Of a DNA stretch of 64,000 bases, positions 12,456 to 24,371 are shown piece by piece. How positions within the stretch are numbered: the first letter of the stretch is position 1; each line of letters begins with the position of its first letter. The position numbers were made by a program, and so were the translations under genes. The DNA lies in NCBI GenBank assembly GCA_964036045.1, contig OZ038378.1, forward strand, positions 170,314,001-170,378,000. The letters run 5' to 3'. The DNA comes from Eutreptiella sp. 'Long Island Sound 2002' (taxonomy: Eukaryota > Protista > Euglenida). Under the pieces are notes generated by a model. The model made no database searches, was not told the DNA's origin, and worked only from the letters and a program-made list of their open reading frames with translations.

Positions 12456-13480
12456 TCAGCTATCTGGGTGGGGGCTCCAGTGATGAAACATGTGTTGGCC
12501 TATCGGGGTTATGTGCCATGCATTGTGTGGGGGTGTTCCGCAAAGGCATACAGGGGCATCTGCCACGCCCCCTCCCTCCCCCCCCCCTCTCCCCTTGGTC
12601 ACAAGAAAATGATCCATTCAGCCCTAAACATCAGGGCCCCGTTGAAGATTCAAGCACATCCCCATTGCGTACAGAAATCCAGAACCACATTGCCTCCAGG
12701 CTGTAGTGGCCAATGCTTGGCGGTGCAGTGCCCTGTCCATTGAGTCTGTAGCGTGCAGTTTTCTCTCTAGCTCTAACCCTCCACCCCCCCTCCTCAAGCC
12801 CTGACTTCCCCAAACGCCGCCTCTACCACCAGCACCTCTCCAACAACAGGCATTGACCTTCCCAGTCCTCCAGCTGCCTGGACAGGCCGCATTTACAGGG
12901 TAGGGGGGTTGTTTTGCTGAGACCTACCCACCTGACACTTATTTTTGATATTGCGACCCATGCGCTGCCTCGCCTCCAGCCCCAAGAGGATGCCCAGCAG
13001 GAGGCCAGCTCTCAAGCATATGGGTGTCACAGAATCAATTAGAAGGCACCTTTGCTGAAGGGGAGAATCATATAGGGGGGGGGGGGTCAAAAACCAGCTG
13101 AAAAGGGCCAAAACCCAAAGCCACGTGCATGAACCCCACATGAGGATCTTAATGCTCCTGAAGTGACGTTTACACTGATATGACGTTGTTTTGACCAACC
13201 TCTGATCATGTTTTGTCGATGTTGAGCCCCATCCAAGCACCATGCAGAGCCCGACGCTATTTTCGCTTCGCAGGGCCACATGTTGAGCGGTTTTGGCCAA
13301 ACATGTGCGCCCCTCTGCAGTCCTCTGCATGTTGTGCGACACAAAAAAATCAACTTCAACGAAAAATCCATCCATCTCTATTTCGGAAAGAGGTGATCGC
13401 AGTGTGCAGGAAGCCATCCTGCAACCACTTCCAACCGCCTTACTCTCCCCCTTTCGGCCTCACAGTGTTTGCACCATCCT

Positions 13481-14728
13481 ATGCCATATGCTATCATCCT
13501 GCACAGCTCACGTCTACCCAAGTGGTCCAGTGGAAAGGTGATCGTCACTGCGCAGCTTCCCCAATGGGGGAACGCGACAGTGGGGCCCGCTATCTTAAGT
13601 TTTCGCAACACCAGCCACACCATACCGTTGGTTTCTTGGCAGCGCTTGACCATTGAGCTTGAGCTTGCAGCTGCACTTGGGCATGGGACTCTCCCGGCGC
13701 TTGACATGGAGGCTGAGACAACTGTGAAAGCAGTATCAATACGCGGATCCCACGTTTGTTTGCCACTGTGGGTGACTGAGGGTGCAGGCTCTCCATGCCC
13801 GGCTTAAGTGACGGCTTCGGGCCCTGCACCTGAGCACGCCTGCCGCAGCCCCTGCCTCATACGGGCGCGCATGCGCGCGTCTGTGCACATGCGCCTGTCC
13901 GCCCCTCTGCTCTCTGCTGCCGACAGCCCACTGTCACACACTTACAGTGGATCCCTGGGACTGCATACCCCTGGGCCGTGGCTGTCTGATATCAACAGAA
14001 ACGGAAGAACCTCGGGATAGTTTTTCCCAACGCCGTTTGCCCCCCTTCCCTCGCCCCGCTTCATCCGCCTTGGGGATGGGGGTGGGAGTGGGGCGGGGGA
14101 CACAATTGTGGTCGGTCCCTGATGATGGACCTCCCTGCCTGAACACTTCCACCCGAGGTTCAATGTTTTCAGGGCAAAACATTGTCACGTACGACTGCTG
14201 TACTGCAACATCCAAGAAGAGTATGTACCATTATGTACCAGTGAAAACTCTCCCAGAAATTTGTGTGGATGGGTATTTGCTACCACTCCTTCTCACTGCA
14301 CGTGAGTTCCCTGAACACGGACCTCCTCACTCTCCGGCTTTTCTTTTGTTCCTTTCTTTATCATTCTTTTTCCAAAACAAAAACTCTTCCAGACAAAAGA
14401 GGAACAATGGAAGGAAAATGGGATACAATGGAGGAAAATGGGGGGAAATGGGGAATGCACGATGGAATATGTATGAAAGTGTTCCAAGATGAAAAATAAA
14501 ATGGAGACGTAGGGGAGGAAAATGGGAGGACAATGGTAGAAATATGGGACATTTTGAGACACCTTTCCCATTCTTCCTACTCCCGTTTTCCTCGTTTCCG
14601 CAGCGGCCCGGCAGCTTCCCTTACGGTTCCCACTAAAAAGCTGGTCTCCAGAGTCTCTGGACGGAAAACTGGGGGAAATCAGCGCTCCCCAGAGTCTCCG
14701 GGAATCCGGGGACCTCGGAGCACTGTGA
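13481..14728 (+). CDS. Hypothetical 213-aa protein, tandem copy 1 (exons 13481-13781, 13948-14034, 14173-14301, 14604-14728)
   Basis: Three phase-1 GT-AG introns (gtgcag..ttacag; gtttgc..ttttcag; gtgagt..ttccgcag) join 642 nt into one ORF ending at TGA. Two of the three exonic differences seen between copies are synonymous (21367, 23823). The 138-nt second intron is in frame and could be retained. No homolog recognised. Confidence 0.5.
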
Positions 14729-15755
14729 TCAGCTATCTGGGTGGGGGCTCCAGTGATGAAACATGTGTTGGCCTATCGGGGTTATGTGCCATGCATTGTG
14801 TGGGGGTGTTCCGCAAAGGCATACAGGGGCATCTGCCACGCCCCCTCCCTCCCCCCCCCCTCTCCCCTTGGTCACAAGAAAATGATCCATTCAGCCCTAA
14901 ACATCAGGGCCCCGTTGAAGATTCAAGCACATCCCCATTGCGTACAGAAATCCAGAACCACATTGCCTCCAGGCTGTAGTGGCCAATGCTTGGCGGTGCA
15001 GTGCCCTGTCCATTGAGTCTGTAGCGTGCAGTTTTCTCTCTAGCTCTAACCCTCCACCCCCCCTCCTCAAGCCCTGACTTCCCCAAACGCCGCCTCTACC
15101 ACCAGCACCTCTCCAACAACAGGCATTGACCTTCCCAGTCCTCCAGCTGCCTGGACAGGCCGCATTTACAGGGTAGGGGGGTTGTTTTGCTGAGACCTAC
15201 CCACCTGACACTTATTTTTGATATTGCGACCCATGCGCTGCCTCGCCTCCAGCCCCAAGAGGATGCCCAGCAGGAGGCCAGCTCTCAAGCATATGGGTGT
15301 CACAGAATCAATTAGAAGGCACCTTTGCTGAAGGGGAGAATCATATAGGGGGGGGGGGGGGTCAAAAACCAGCTGAAAAGGGCCAAAACCCAAAGCCACG
15401 TGCATGAACCCCACATGAGGATCTTAATGCTCCTGAAGTGACGTTTACACTGATATGACGTTGTTTTGACCAACCTCTGATCATGTTTTGTCGATGTTGA
15501 GCCCCATCCAAGCACCATGCAGAGCCCGACGCTATTTTCGCTTCGCAGGGCCACATGTTGAGCGGTTTTGGCCAAACATGTGCGCCCCTCTGCAGTCCTC
15601 TGCATGTTGTGCGACACAAAAAAATCAACTTCAACGAAAAATCCATCCATCTCTATTTCGGAAAGAGGTGATCGCAGTGTGCAGGAAGCCATCCTGCAAC
15701 CACTTCCAACCGCCTTACTCTCCCCCTTTCGGCCTCAAAGTGTTTGCACCATCCT

Positions 15756-17003
15756 ATGCCATATGCTATCATCCTGCACAGCTCACGTCTACCCAAGTGG
15801 TCCAGTGGAAAGGTGATCGTCACTGCGCAGCTTCCCCAATGGGGGAACGCGACAGTGGGGCCCGCTATCTTAAGTTTTCGCAACACCAGCCACACCATAC
15901 CGTTGGTTTCTTGGCAGCGCTTGACCATTGAGCTTGAGCTTGCAGCTGCACTTGGGCATGGGACTCTCCCGGCGCTTGACATGGAGGCTGAGACAACTGT
16001 GAAAGCAGTATCAATACGCGGATCCCACGTTTGTTTGCCACTGTGGGTGACTGAGGGTGCAGGCTCTCCATGCCCGGCTTAAGTGACGGCTTCGGGCCCT
16101 GCACCTGAGCACGCCTGCCGCAGCCCCTGCCTCATACGGGCGCGCATGCGCGCGTCTGTGCACATGCGCCTGTCCGCCCCTCTGCTCTCTGCTGCCGACA
16201 GCCCACTGTCACACACTTACAGTGGATCCCTGGGACTGCATACCCCTGGGCCGTGGCTGTCTGATATCAACAGAAACGGAAGAACCTCGGGATAGTTTTT
16301 CCCAACGCCGTTTGCCCCCCTTCCCTCGCCCCGCTTCATCCGCCTTGGGGATGGGGGTGGGAGTGGGGCGGGGGACACAATTGTGGTCGGTCCCTGATGA
16401 TGGACGTCCCTGCCTGAACACTTCCACCCGAGGTTCAATGTTTTCAGGGCAAAACATTGTCACGTACGACTGCTGTACTGCAACATCCAAGAAGAGTATG
16501 TACCATTATGTACCAGTGAAAACTCTCCCAGAAATTTGTGTGGATGGGTATTTGCTACCACTCCTTCTCACTGCACGTGAGTTCCCTGAACACGGACCTC
16601 CTCACTCTCCGGCTTTTCTTTTGTTCCTTTCTTTATCATTCTTTTTCCAAAACAAAAACTCTTCCAGACAAAAGAGGAACAATGGAAGGAAAATGGGATA
16701 CAATGGAGGAAAATGGGGGGAAATGGGGAATGCACGATGGAATATGTATGAAAGTGTTCCAAGATGAAAAATAAAATGGAGACGTAGGGGAGGAAAATGG
16801 GAGGACAATGGTAGAAATATGGGACATTTTGAGACACCTTTCCCATTCTTCCTACTCCCGTTTTCCTCGTTTCCGCAGCGGCCCGGCAGCTTCCCTTACG
16901 GTTCCCACTAAAAAGCTGGTCTCCAGAGTCTCTGAACGGAAAACTGGGGGAAATCAGCGCTCCCCAGAGTCTCCGGGAATCCGGGGACCTCGGAGCACTG
17001 TGA
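15756..17003 (+). CDS. Hypothetical protein, tandem copy 2
   Basis: Same exon structure shifted by 2275 bp. One GAC>AAC change in the last exon. Confidence 0.5.
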
Positions 17004-18030
17004 TCAGCTATCTGGGTGGGGGCTCCAGTGATGAAACATGTGTTGGCCTATCGGGGTTATGTGCCATGCATTGTGTGGGGGTGTTCCGCAAAGGCATACA
17101 GGGGCATCTGCCATGCCCCCTCCCTCCCCCCCCCCTCTCCCCTTGGTCACAAGAAAATGATCCATTCAGCCCTAAACATCAGGGCCCCGTTGAAGATTCA
17201 AGCACATCCCCATTGCGTACAGAAATCCAGAACCACATTGCCTCCAGGCTGTAGTGGCCAATGCTTGGCGGTGCAGTGCCCTGTCCATTGAGTCTGTAGC
17301 GTGCAGTTTTCTCTCTAGCTCTAACCCTCCACCCCCCCTCCTCAAGCCCTGACTTCCCCAAACGCCGCCTCTACCACCAGCACCTCTCCAACAACAGGCA
17401 TTGACCTTCCCAGTCCTCCAGCTGCCTGGACAGGCCGCATTTACAGGGTAGGGGGGTTGTTTTGCTGAGACCTACCCACCTGACACTTATTTTTGATATT
17501 GCGACCCATGCGCTGCCTCGCCTCCAGCCCCAAGAGGATGCCCAGCAGGAGGCCAGCTCTCAAGCATATGGGTGTCACAGAATCAATTAGAAAGCACCTT
17601 TGCTGAAGGGGAGAATCATATAGGGGGGGGGGGGGGTCAAAAACCAGCTGAAAAGGGCCAAAACCCAAAGCCACGTGCATGAACCCCACATGAGGATCTT
17701 AATGCTTCGGAAGTGACGTTTACACTGATATGACGTTGTTTTGACCAACCTCTGATCATGTTTTGTCGATGTTGAGCCCCATCCAAGCACCATGCAGAGC
17801 CCGACGCTATTTTCGCTTCGCAGGGCCACATGTTGAGCGGTTTTGGCCAAACATGTGCGCCCCTCTGCAGTCCTCTGCATGTTGTGCGACACAAAAAAAT
17901 CAACTTCAACGAAAAATCCATCCATCTCTATTTCGGAAAGAGGTGATCGCAGTGTGCAGGAAGCCATCCTGCAACCACTTCCAACCGCCTTACTCTCCCC
18001 CTTTCGGCCTCACAGTGTTTGCACCATCCT

Positions 18031-19278
18031 ATGCCATATGCTATCATCCTGCACAGCTCACGTCTACCCAAGTGGTCCAGTGGAAAGGTGATCGTCACTG
18101 CGCAGCTTCCCCAATGGGGGAACGCGACAGTGGGGCCCGCTATCTTAAGTTTTCGCAACACCAGCCACACCATACCGTTGGTTTCTTGGCAGCGCTTGAC
18201 CATTGAGCTTGAGCTTGCAGCTGCACTTGGGCATGGGACTCTCCCGGCGCTTGACATGGAGGCTGAGACAACTGTGAAAGCAGTATCAATACGCGGATCC
18301 CACGTTTGTTTGCCACTGTGGGTGACTGAGGGTGCAGGCTCTCCATGCCCGGCTTAAGTGACGGCTTCGGGCCCTGCACCTGAGCACGCCTGCCGCAGCC
18401 CCTGCCTCATACGGGCGCGCATGCGCGCGTCTGTGCACATGCGCCTGTCCGCCCCTCTGCTCTCTGCTGCCGACAGCCCACTGTCACACACTTACAGTGG
18501 ATCCCTGGGACTGCATACCCCTGGGCCGTGGCTGTCTGATATCAACAGAAACGGAAGAACCTCGGGATAGTTTTTCCCAACGCCGTTTGCCCCCCTTCCC
18601 TCGCCCCGCTTCATCCGCCTTGGGGATGGGGGTGGGAGTGGGGCGGGGGACACAATTGTGGTCGGTCCCTGATGATGGACCTCCCTGCCTGAACACTTCC
18701 ACCCGAGGTTCAATGTTTTCAGGGCAAAACATTGTCACGTACGACTGCTGTACTGCAACATCCAAGAAGAGTATGTACCATTATGTACCAGTGAAAACTC
18801 TCCCAGAAATTTGTGTGGATGGGTATTTGCTACCACTCCTTCTCACTGCACGTGAGTTCCCTGAACACGGACCTCCTCACTCTCCGGCTTTTCTTTTGTT
18901 CCTTTCTTTATCATTCTTTTTCCAAAACAAAAACTCTTCCAGACAAAAGAGGAACAATGGAAGGAAAATGGGATACAATGGAGGAAAATGGGGGGAAATG
19001 GGGAATGCACGATGGAATATGTATGAAAGTGTTCCAAGATGAAAAATAAAATGGAGACGTATGGGAGGAAAATGGGAGGAAAATGGTAGAAATATGGGAC
19101 ATTTTGAGACACCTTTCCCATTCTTCCTACTCCCGTTTTCCTCGTTTCCGCAGCGGCCCGGCAGCTTCCCTTACGGTTCCCACTAAAAAGCTGGTCTCCA
19201 GAGTCTCTGGACGGAAAACTGGGGGAAATCAGCGCTCCCCAGAGTCTCCGGGAATCCGGGGACCTCGGAGCACTGTGA
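18031..19278 (+). CDS. Hypothetical protein, tandem copy 3
   Basis: Same exon structure shifted by a further 2275 bp. Confidence 0.5.
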
Positions 19279-19900
19279 TCAGCTATCTGGGTGGGGGCTC
19301 CAGTGATGAAACATGTGTTGGCCTATCGGGGTTATGTGCCATGCATTGTGTGGGGGTGTTCCGCAAAGGCATACAGGGGCATCTGCCATGCCCCCTCCCT
19401 CCCCCCCCCCTCTCCCCTTGGTCACAAGAAAATGATCCATTCAGCCCTAAACATCAGGGCCCCGTTGAAGATTCAAGCACATCCCCATTGCGTACAGAAA
19501 TCCAGAACCACATTGCCTCCAGGCTGTAGTGGCCAATGCTTGGCGGTGCAGTGCCCTGTCCATTGAGTCTGTAGCGTGCAGTTTTCTCTCTAGCTCTAAC
19601 CCTCCACCCCCCCTCCTCAAGCCCTGACTTCCCCAAACGCCGCCTCTACCACCAGCACCTCTCCAACGACAGGCATTGACCTTCCCAGTCCTCCAGCTGC
19701 CTGGACAGGCCGCATTTACAGGGTAGGGGGGTTGTTTTGCTGAGACCTACCCACCTGACACTTATTTTTGATATTGCGACCCATGCGCTGCCTCGCCTCC
19801 AGCCCCAAGAGGATGCCCAGCAGGAGGCCAGCTCTCAAGCATATGGGTGTCACAGAATCAATTAGAAGGCACCTTTGCTGAAGGGGAGAATCATATAGGG

Positions 19901-20761
19901 TGGGTTTGGTTTGGTTTGGGTCAAGGCCTGTGCCGGACGCCCTGGCCCATGGTCAGCACTCGCCTTTGGGCCGACACGACTGGGCTAGGCGAATCGCGGT
20001 TGTCCGGTCCCAAGGCCTGCCGGACTGTTGACCGCCCCCGTACCCCGTGGTGGCACACACGGGAGGGAGATGCCGCCGTGCCTGTGTGTGTGGCGCGCGC
20101 GGGGCAGGAGGGCGGGGCGTGCATGCTGGTGGCGCTCGCAGGGCATGACGGGTCACACGGCTGCGCCACGCCTGGCCCTGCCCGCTGGCGCCGGTGCCGC
20201 TCCAGTGTTTCTGGTTTCTCCCGCTGCGGCTTGGTCCGTCCGTGTCGCCGCTTGTAGTGGCGTCCCGGCTGTTCGTGTGGTCGTCGGGTGTGAACCAGGG
20301 TCCGCCACCACCGGGCCCTGGCTGCTTGTGGTGGAGGCGTGTGGGGGGGGGGGGGGGGGGGCGTGTGGGGGGTTGTGTGATGCCTGGTGCTCCAGGCCCC
20401 GGCAGGGAGGCCATGGGAGCCTGACGCTGAGCCCGCCGGGGGAGTGTTCGGACTGGACACGCCGCCTCCCGGTCATTGACATGCTGCCAGCGGCCCCACG
20501 ACTGCATGAGGCACGGGGGCGCGCTCCCTGGGCGCTCGACTGGGGGGGTCCACCCCTCCTGACTGCTCTAGGCACTGGTGGTGTTGTCGTGGACTGGACC
20601 ATCCGCCCACGGCGCTGAGGGACGGCAGGAGGAGGGGCTCCAGGGCGCGCTGAGCGCTGCCCTGCCCTGGAGCCTGCCCGGGCTCGGGGCCTGGGTGGCG
20701 GTGCTACTGCCCGCGTAAACGGGGGGGCCCAGAGGGCACACCACCCGAGTGACCGCTCCGT
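19901..20761 (-). mobile_element. 861-bp GC-rich SINE-like or 5'-truncated non-LTR retroposon with (CCAAA)n tail
   Basis: Present in one unit only. Flanked by the 10-bp direct repeat tcatataggg (19891-19900 and 20762-20771). The minus-strand 3' end is cccaaaccaaaccaaaccca. Confidence 0.8.
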
Positions 20762-21955
20762 TCATATAGGGGGGGGGGGGTCAAAAACCAGCTGAAAAGG
20801 GCCAAAACCCCAAAGCCACGTGCATGAACCCCACATGAGGATCTTAATGCTCCTGAAGTGACGTTTACACTGATATGACGTTGTTTTGACCAACCTCTGA
20901 TCATGTTTTGTCGATGTTGAGCCCCATTCAAACACCATGCAGAGCCCGACGCTATTTTCGCTTCGCAGGGCCACATGTTGAGCGGTTTTGGCCAAACATG
21001 TGCGCCCCTCTGCAGTCCTCTGCATGTTGTGCGACACAAAAAAATCAACTTCAACGAAAAATCCATCCATCTCTATTTCGGAAAGAGGTGATCGCAGTGT
21101 GCAGCAAGCCATCCTGCAACCACTTCCAACCGCCTTACTCTCCCCCTTTCGGCCTCAAAGTGTTTGCACCACCCTATGCCATATGCTATCATCCTGCACA
21201 GCTCACGTCTACCCAAGTGGTCCAGTGGAAAGGTGATCGTCACTGCGCAGCTTCCCCAATGGGGGAACGCGACAGTGGGGCCCGCTATCTTAAGTTTTCG
21301 CAACACCAGCCACACCATACCGTTGGTTTCTTGGCAGCGCTTGACCATTGAGCTTGAGCTTGCAGCCGCACTTGGGCATGGGACTCTCCCGGCGCTTGAC
21401 ATGGAGGCTGAGACAACTGTGAAAGCAGTATCAATACGCGGATCCCACGTTTGTTTGCCACTGTGGGTGACTGAGGGTGCAGGCTCTCCATGCCCGGCTT
21501 AAGTGACGGCTTCGGGCCCTGCACCTGAGCACGCCTGCCGCAGCCCCTGCCTCATACGGGCGCGCATGCGCGCGTCTGTGCACATGCGCCTGTCCGCCCC
21601 TCTGCTCTCTGCTGCCGACAGCCCACTGTCACACACTTACAGTGGATCCCTGGGACTGCATACCCCTGGGCCGTGGCTGTCTGATATCAACAGAAACGGA
21701 AGAACCTCGGGATAGTTTTTCCCAACGCCGTTTGCCCCCCTTCCCTCGCCCCGCTTCATCCGCCTTGGGGGTGGGGGTGGGAGTGGGGCGGGGGACACAA
21801 TTGTGGTCGGTCCCTGATGATGGACGTCCCTGCCTGAACACTTCCACCCGAGGTTCAATGTTTTCAGGGCAAAACATTGTCACGTACGACTGCTGTACTG
21901 CAACATCCAAGAAGAGTATGTACCATTATGTACCAGTGAAAACTCTCCCAGAAAT

Positions 21956-23804
21956 CACCTCGCAGAGGTTGTTAGATCAAAGCCAGGCAGGCGTATATAT
22001 GGGGAAAATGCCACATACCCCCCCATTTTGGCCTTTTTGGGCCTATTCGCGTACCCTATCCCAAGGGGTTGAATTGTTAGTTTAACCCCTTGTAAAATCA
22101 TTATTTTGTTCAATAAACGCATCCCCCAATGAGTTTTTGGTCCGGACCCCCCCAGACCCCCCCCCACTTCAAACCCACTTTTTTGAGGTTTTGAGGGAGG
22201 GGGGGGGGGGTGGGGGGGTGGGGGGTGGGGGGTCAAAAATGTTGAAAAAATGAACCCCCCTTTTTTTGGGTCGAAAATCATGAATCTTTTGGTTTTTTTC
22301 GATTTTGAGCCGAAAAAGTGTTTCCGGGTCCCGACTCCATGGGGTTTGTATGGGGCGGAGTGAGACGAGCGCTTATGCAGTTTGTGCACTTTTCAGCCAT
22401 TTATGCTATGTTGGCGGTTTTGGCAACCTCGGTGAACCCGTGGTACCCACCCTGAGGTGTGCGAGTGGGGATGTTGTGACAGTATATGCCTACTAGGATA
22501 CGAAAGGACGTTTTTTGCAGTCTCTAGCCTTGCCTAGGGCCGTTCACAACCCGTGCCAAAGACGCGAAATGACTGTTTCCACCAATAATGGCCTAGTGAA
22601 TGGGGAGGTACACAACCTGCTTGTGCAGTTTTTCACCCCGGGCGGCTCAAAAATCGAAGTTTTCGAAACTTGTTTTTTTGATATTGTGACCACCCAAAAT
22701 GACCATCCAAGCTATGCAACGCATGCTTTAGGCCGTATTTACGTGTTTTTCACCCTATTTGGGTATCAGGTCGGGGGGGGGGGGGGTCTCCCAAGGGACG
22801 GGTGCACAACCTGCTTATGCAGTTTTTCAACCCGGACAACTCAAAAATCGAAGTTTTCGAAACTTGTTTTTTTGATATCGTGACCACCCAAAATGACCAT
22901 CCAAGCTATGCAAAGCATGTTTTAGGCCGTATTTACGTGTTTTTCACCCTATTTGGGTATCAGGTCGGGGGGGGGGGGGGGGGGCTCCCAAGGGACGGGT
23001 GCACAACCTGCTAATGCAGTTTTTCAACCCGGACAGCTCAAAAATGGAAGTTTTTGAAACTTGTTTTTTTGATATTGTGACCACCCAAAATGACCACCCA
23101 AGGTATGTAAAGCATGTTTTAGGCCGCATTTACGTGTTTTTCACCCTATTTGGGAATCAGGTCCGGGGGGGGGGGGGGGGGGTTCTCCTAGGGAATTGGT
23201 ACACAACCTGCTTATGCAGTTTTTCACCCCGGACAGCTCAAAAATCGAAGTCTTTGAAACTTGTTTTTGTGACATTGTGATCACCTAAAATGACCATCCA
23301 AGGTATGTAAAGCATGTTTTAGGCCGTATTTACGTGTTTTTCACCCGATTTGGGTATTAGGTCCAGGGGGGGGGGGGTCTCCCAAGGGATTGGTACACAA
23401 CCTGCTTATGCAGTTTGTCACAGTGGGCAGCTCAAAAATAGAAGTTTTTGAAACTTGTTTTTCTGATATTGTGACCACCTAAAATGATCATCCAAGGTAT
23501 GTAAAGCATGTTTTAGGCCGTATGTACATCTTTTTCACCCTATTTGGGTATTAGGTCCCGGGGGTGGGGGGGGGAGTCTCCCAAGGGATTGGTACACAAC
23601 TTGCTAGTCCAGTTTTTCACCCTGGGCAGCTCAAAAATCGAAGTTTTCGAAACTTGTTTTTTTGATACCGTGATCACCTAAAATGATCATCCAAGGTATG
23701 TAAAGCATGTTTTAGCCGGTATTTATGTAGTTTCCACCCTATTTTGGGTGTGTGTTGCTCGCGGTAGATTCTTTGCGAGGTGGACTTGCCAAAGGCAATA
23801 GAAT
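21956..23804 (+). mobile_element. Non-autonomous Helentron/HINE (DINE-1)-like element, about 1.85 kb
   Basis: 12-bp subterminal inverted repeats cacctcgcagag (21956) and ctttgcgaggtg (23771-23782). 3' stem-loop ttgcc-aaa-ggcaa just outside the 3' subTIR. Central tandem repeats. Inserted in a T-run with no TSD. Confidence 0.65.
22585..23750. repeat. About 197-bp minisatellite, 6 copies, inside the Helentron-like element
   Basis: The cacaac anchor occurs at 22611, 22805, 23002, 23202, 23396 and 23595. Length differences come from a variable G-run. Confidence 0.95.
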
Positions 23805-24371
23805 TTGTGTGGATGGGTATTTACTACCACTCCTTCTCACTGCACGTGAGTTCCCTGAACACGGACCTCCTCACTCTCCGGCTTTTCTTTTGTTCCTTTC
23901 TTTATCATTCTTTTTCCAAAACAAAAACTCTTCCAGACAAAAGAGGAACAATGGAAGGAAAATGGGATATAATGGAGGAAAATGGGGGGAAATGGGGAAT
24001 GCACGATGGAATATGTATGAAAGTGTTCCAAGATGAAAAATAAAATGGAGACGTATGGGAGGAAAATGGGAGGAAAATGGTAGAAATATGGGACATTTTG
24101 AGACACCTTTCCCATTCTTCCTACTCCCGTTTTCCTCGTTTCTGCAGCGGCCCGGCAGCTTCCCTTACGGTTCCCACTAAAAAGCTGGTCTCCAGAGTCT
24201 CTGGACGGAAAACTGGGGGAAATCAGCGCTCCGTGAATAGCATGACACGCATTATGAATGGTTTCATCTCCGTTTTGGAATCTGCGGCGGGGGGCTTCTG
24301 GCCTGCCTCTTCCTTAAACCACCCTCGGATACGCAACATGCTCCGAAGTGAAAGCAGCAGTTGCTTCGTAA

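Larger units (their letters stand above)
11433..24231. repeat. Tandem array of about 2.27-kb near-identical units (4 full + 1 partial), with two later insertions
   Basis: atggaggctgagacaactgtg... recurs with spacings of 2273, 2275, 2275 and 3145 (the last includes an 871-bp insertion). Identical ORF-track peptides repeat in each unit. The array ends at aaatcagcgctcc (24231). Confidence 0.98.
21176..24231 (+). pseudogene. Tandem-unit gene copy 4, disrupted by an insertion in exon C and truncated in exon D
   Basis: Unit sequence ctcccagaaa|tttgtgtgg is split between 21955 and about 23805. Similarity to the unit stops at 24231, inside the last exon. Confidence 0.55.

Noticed and set aside
13605-13760. 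5S rRNA or spliced-leader RNA gene in the tandem unit (ccatac and ggatccc motifs)
   Set aside because: Motif spacing and the remaining sequence do not fit 5S rRNA, and no spliced-leader sequence was recognised.
20440-20510. MQSWGRWQ as a tyrosine-recombinase GRW motif in the 861-bp insert
   Set aside because: The upstream HSxR motif is absent, an in-frame stop precedes it, and the TSD and tail indicate a non-LTR mechanism.
22585-23750. CRISPR-like array
   Set aside because: The whole unit of about 197 bp repeats with no unique spacers, in a eukaryotic context. It is a minisatellite.
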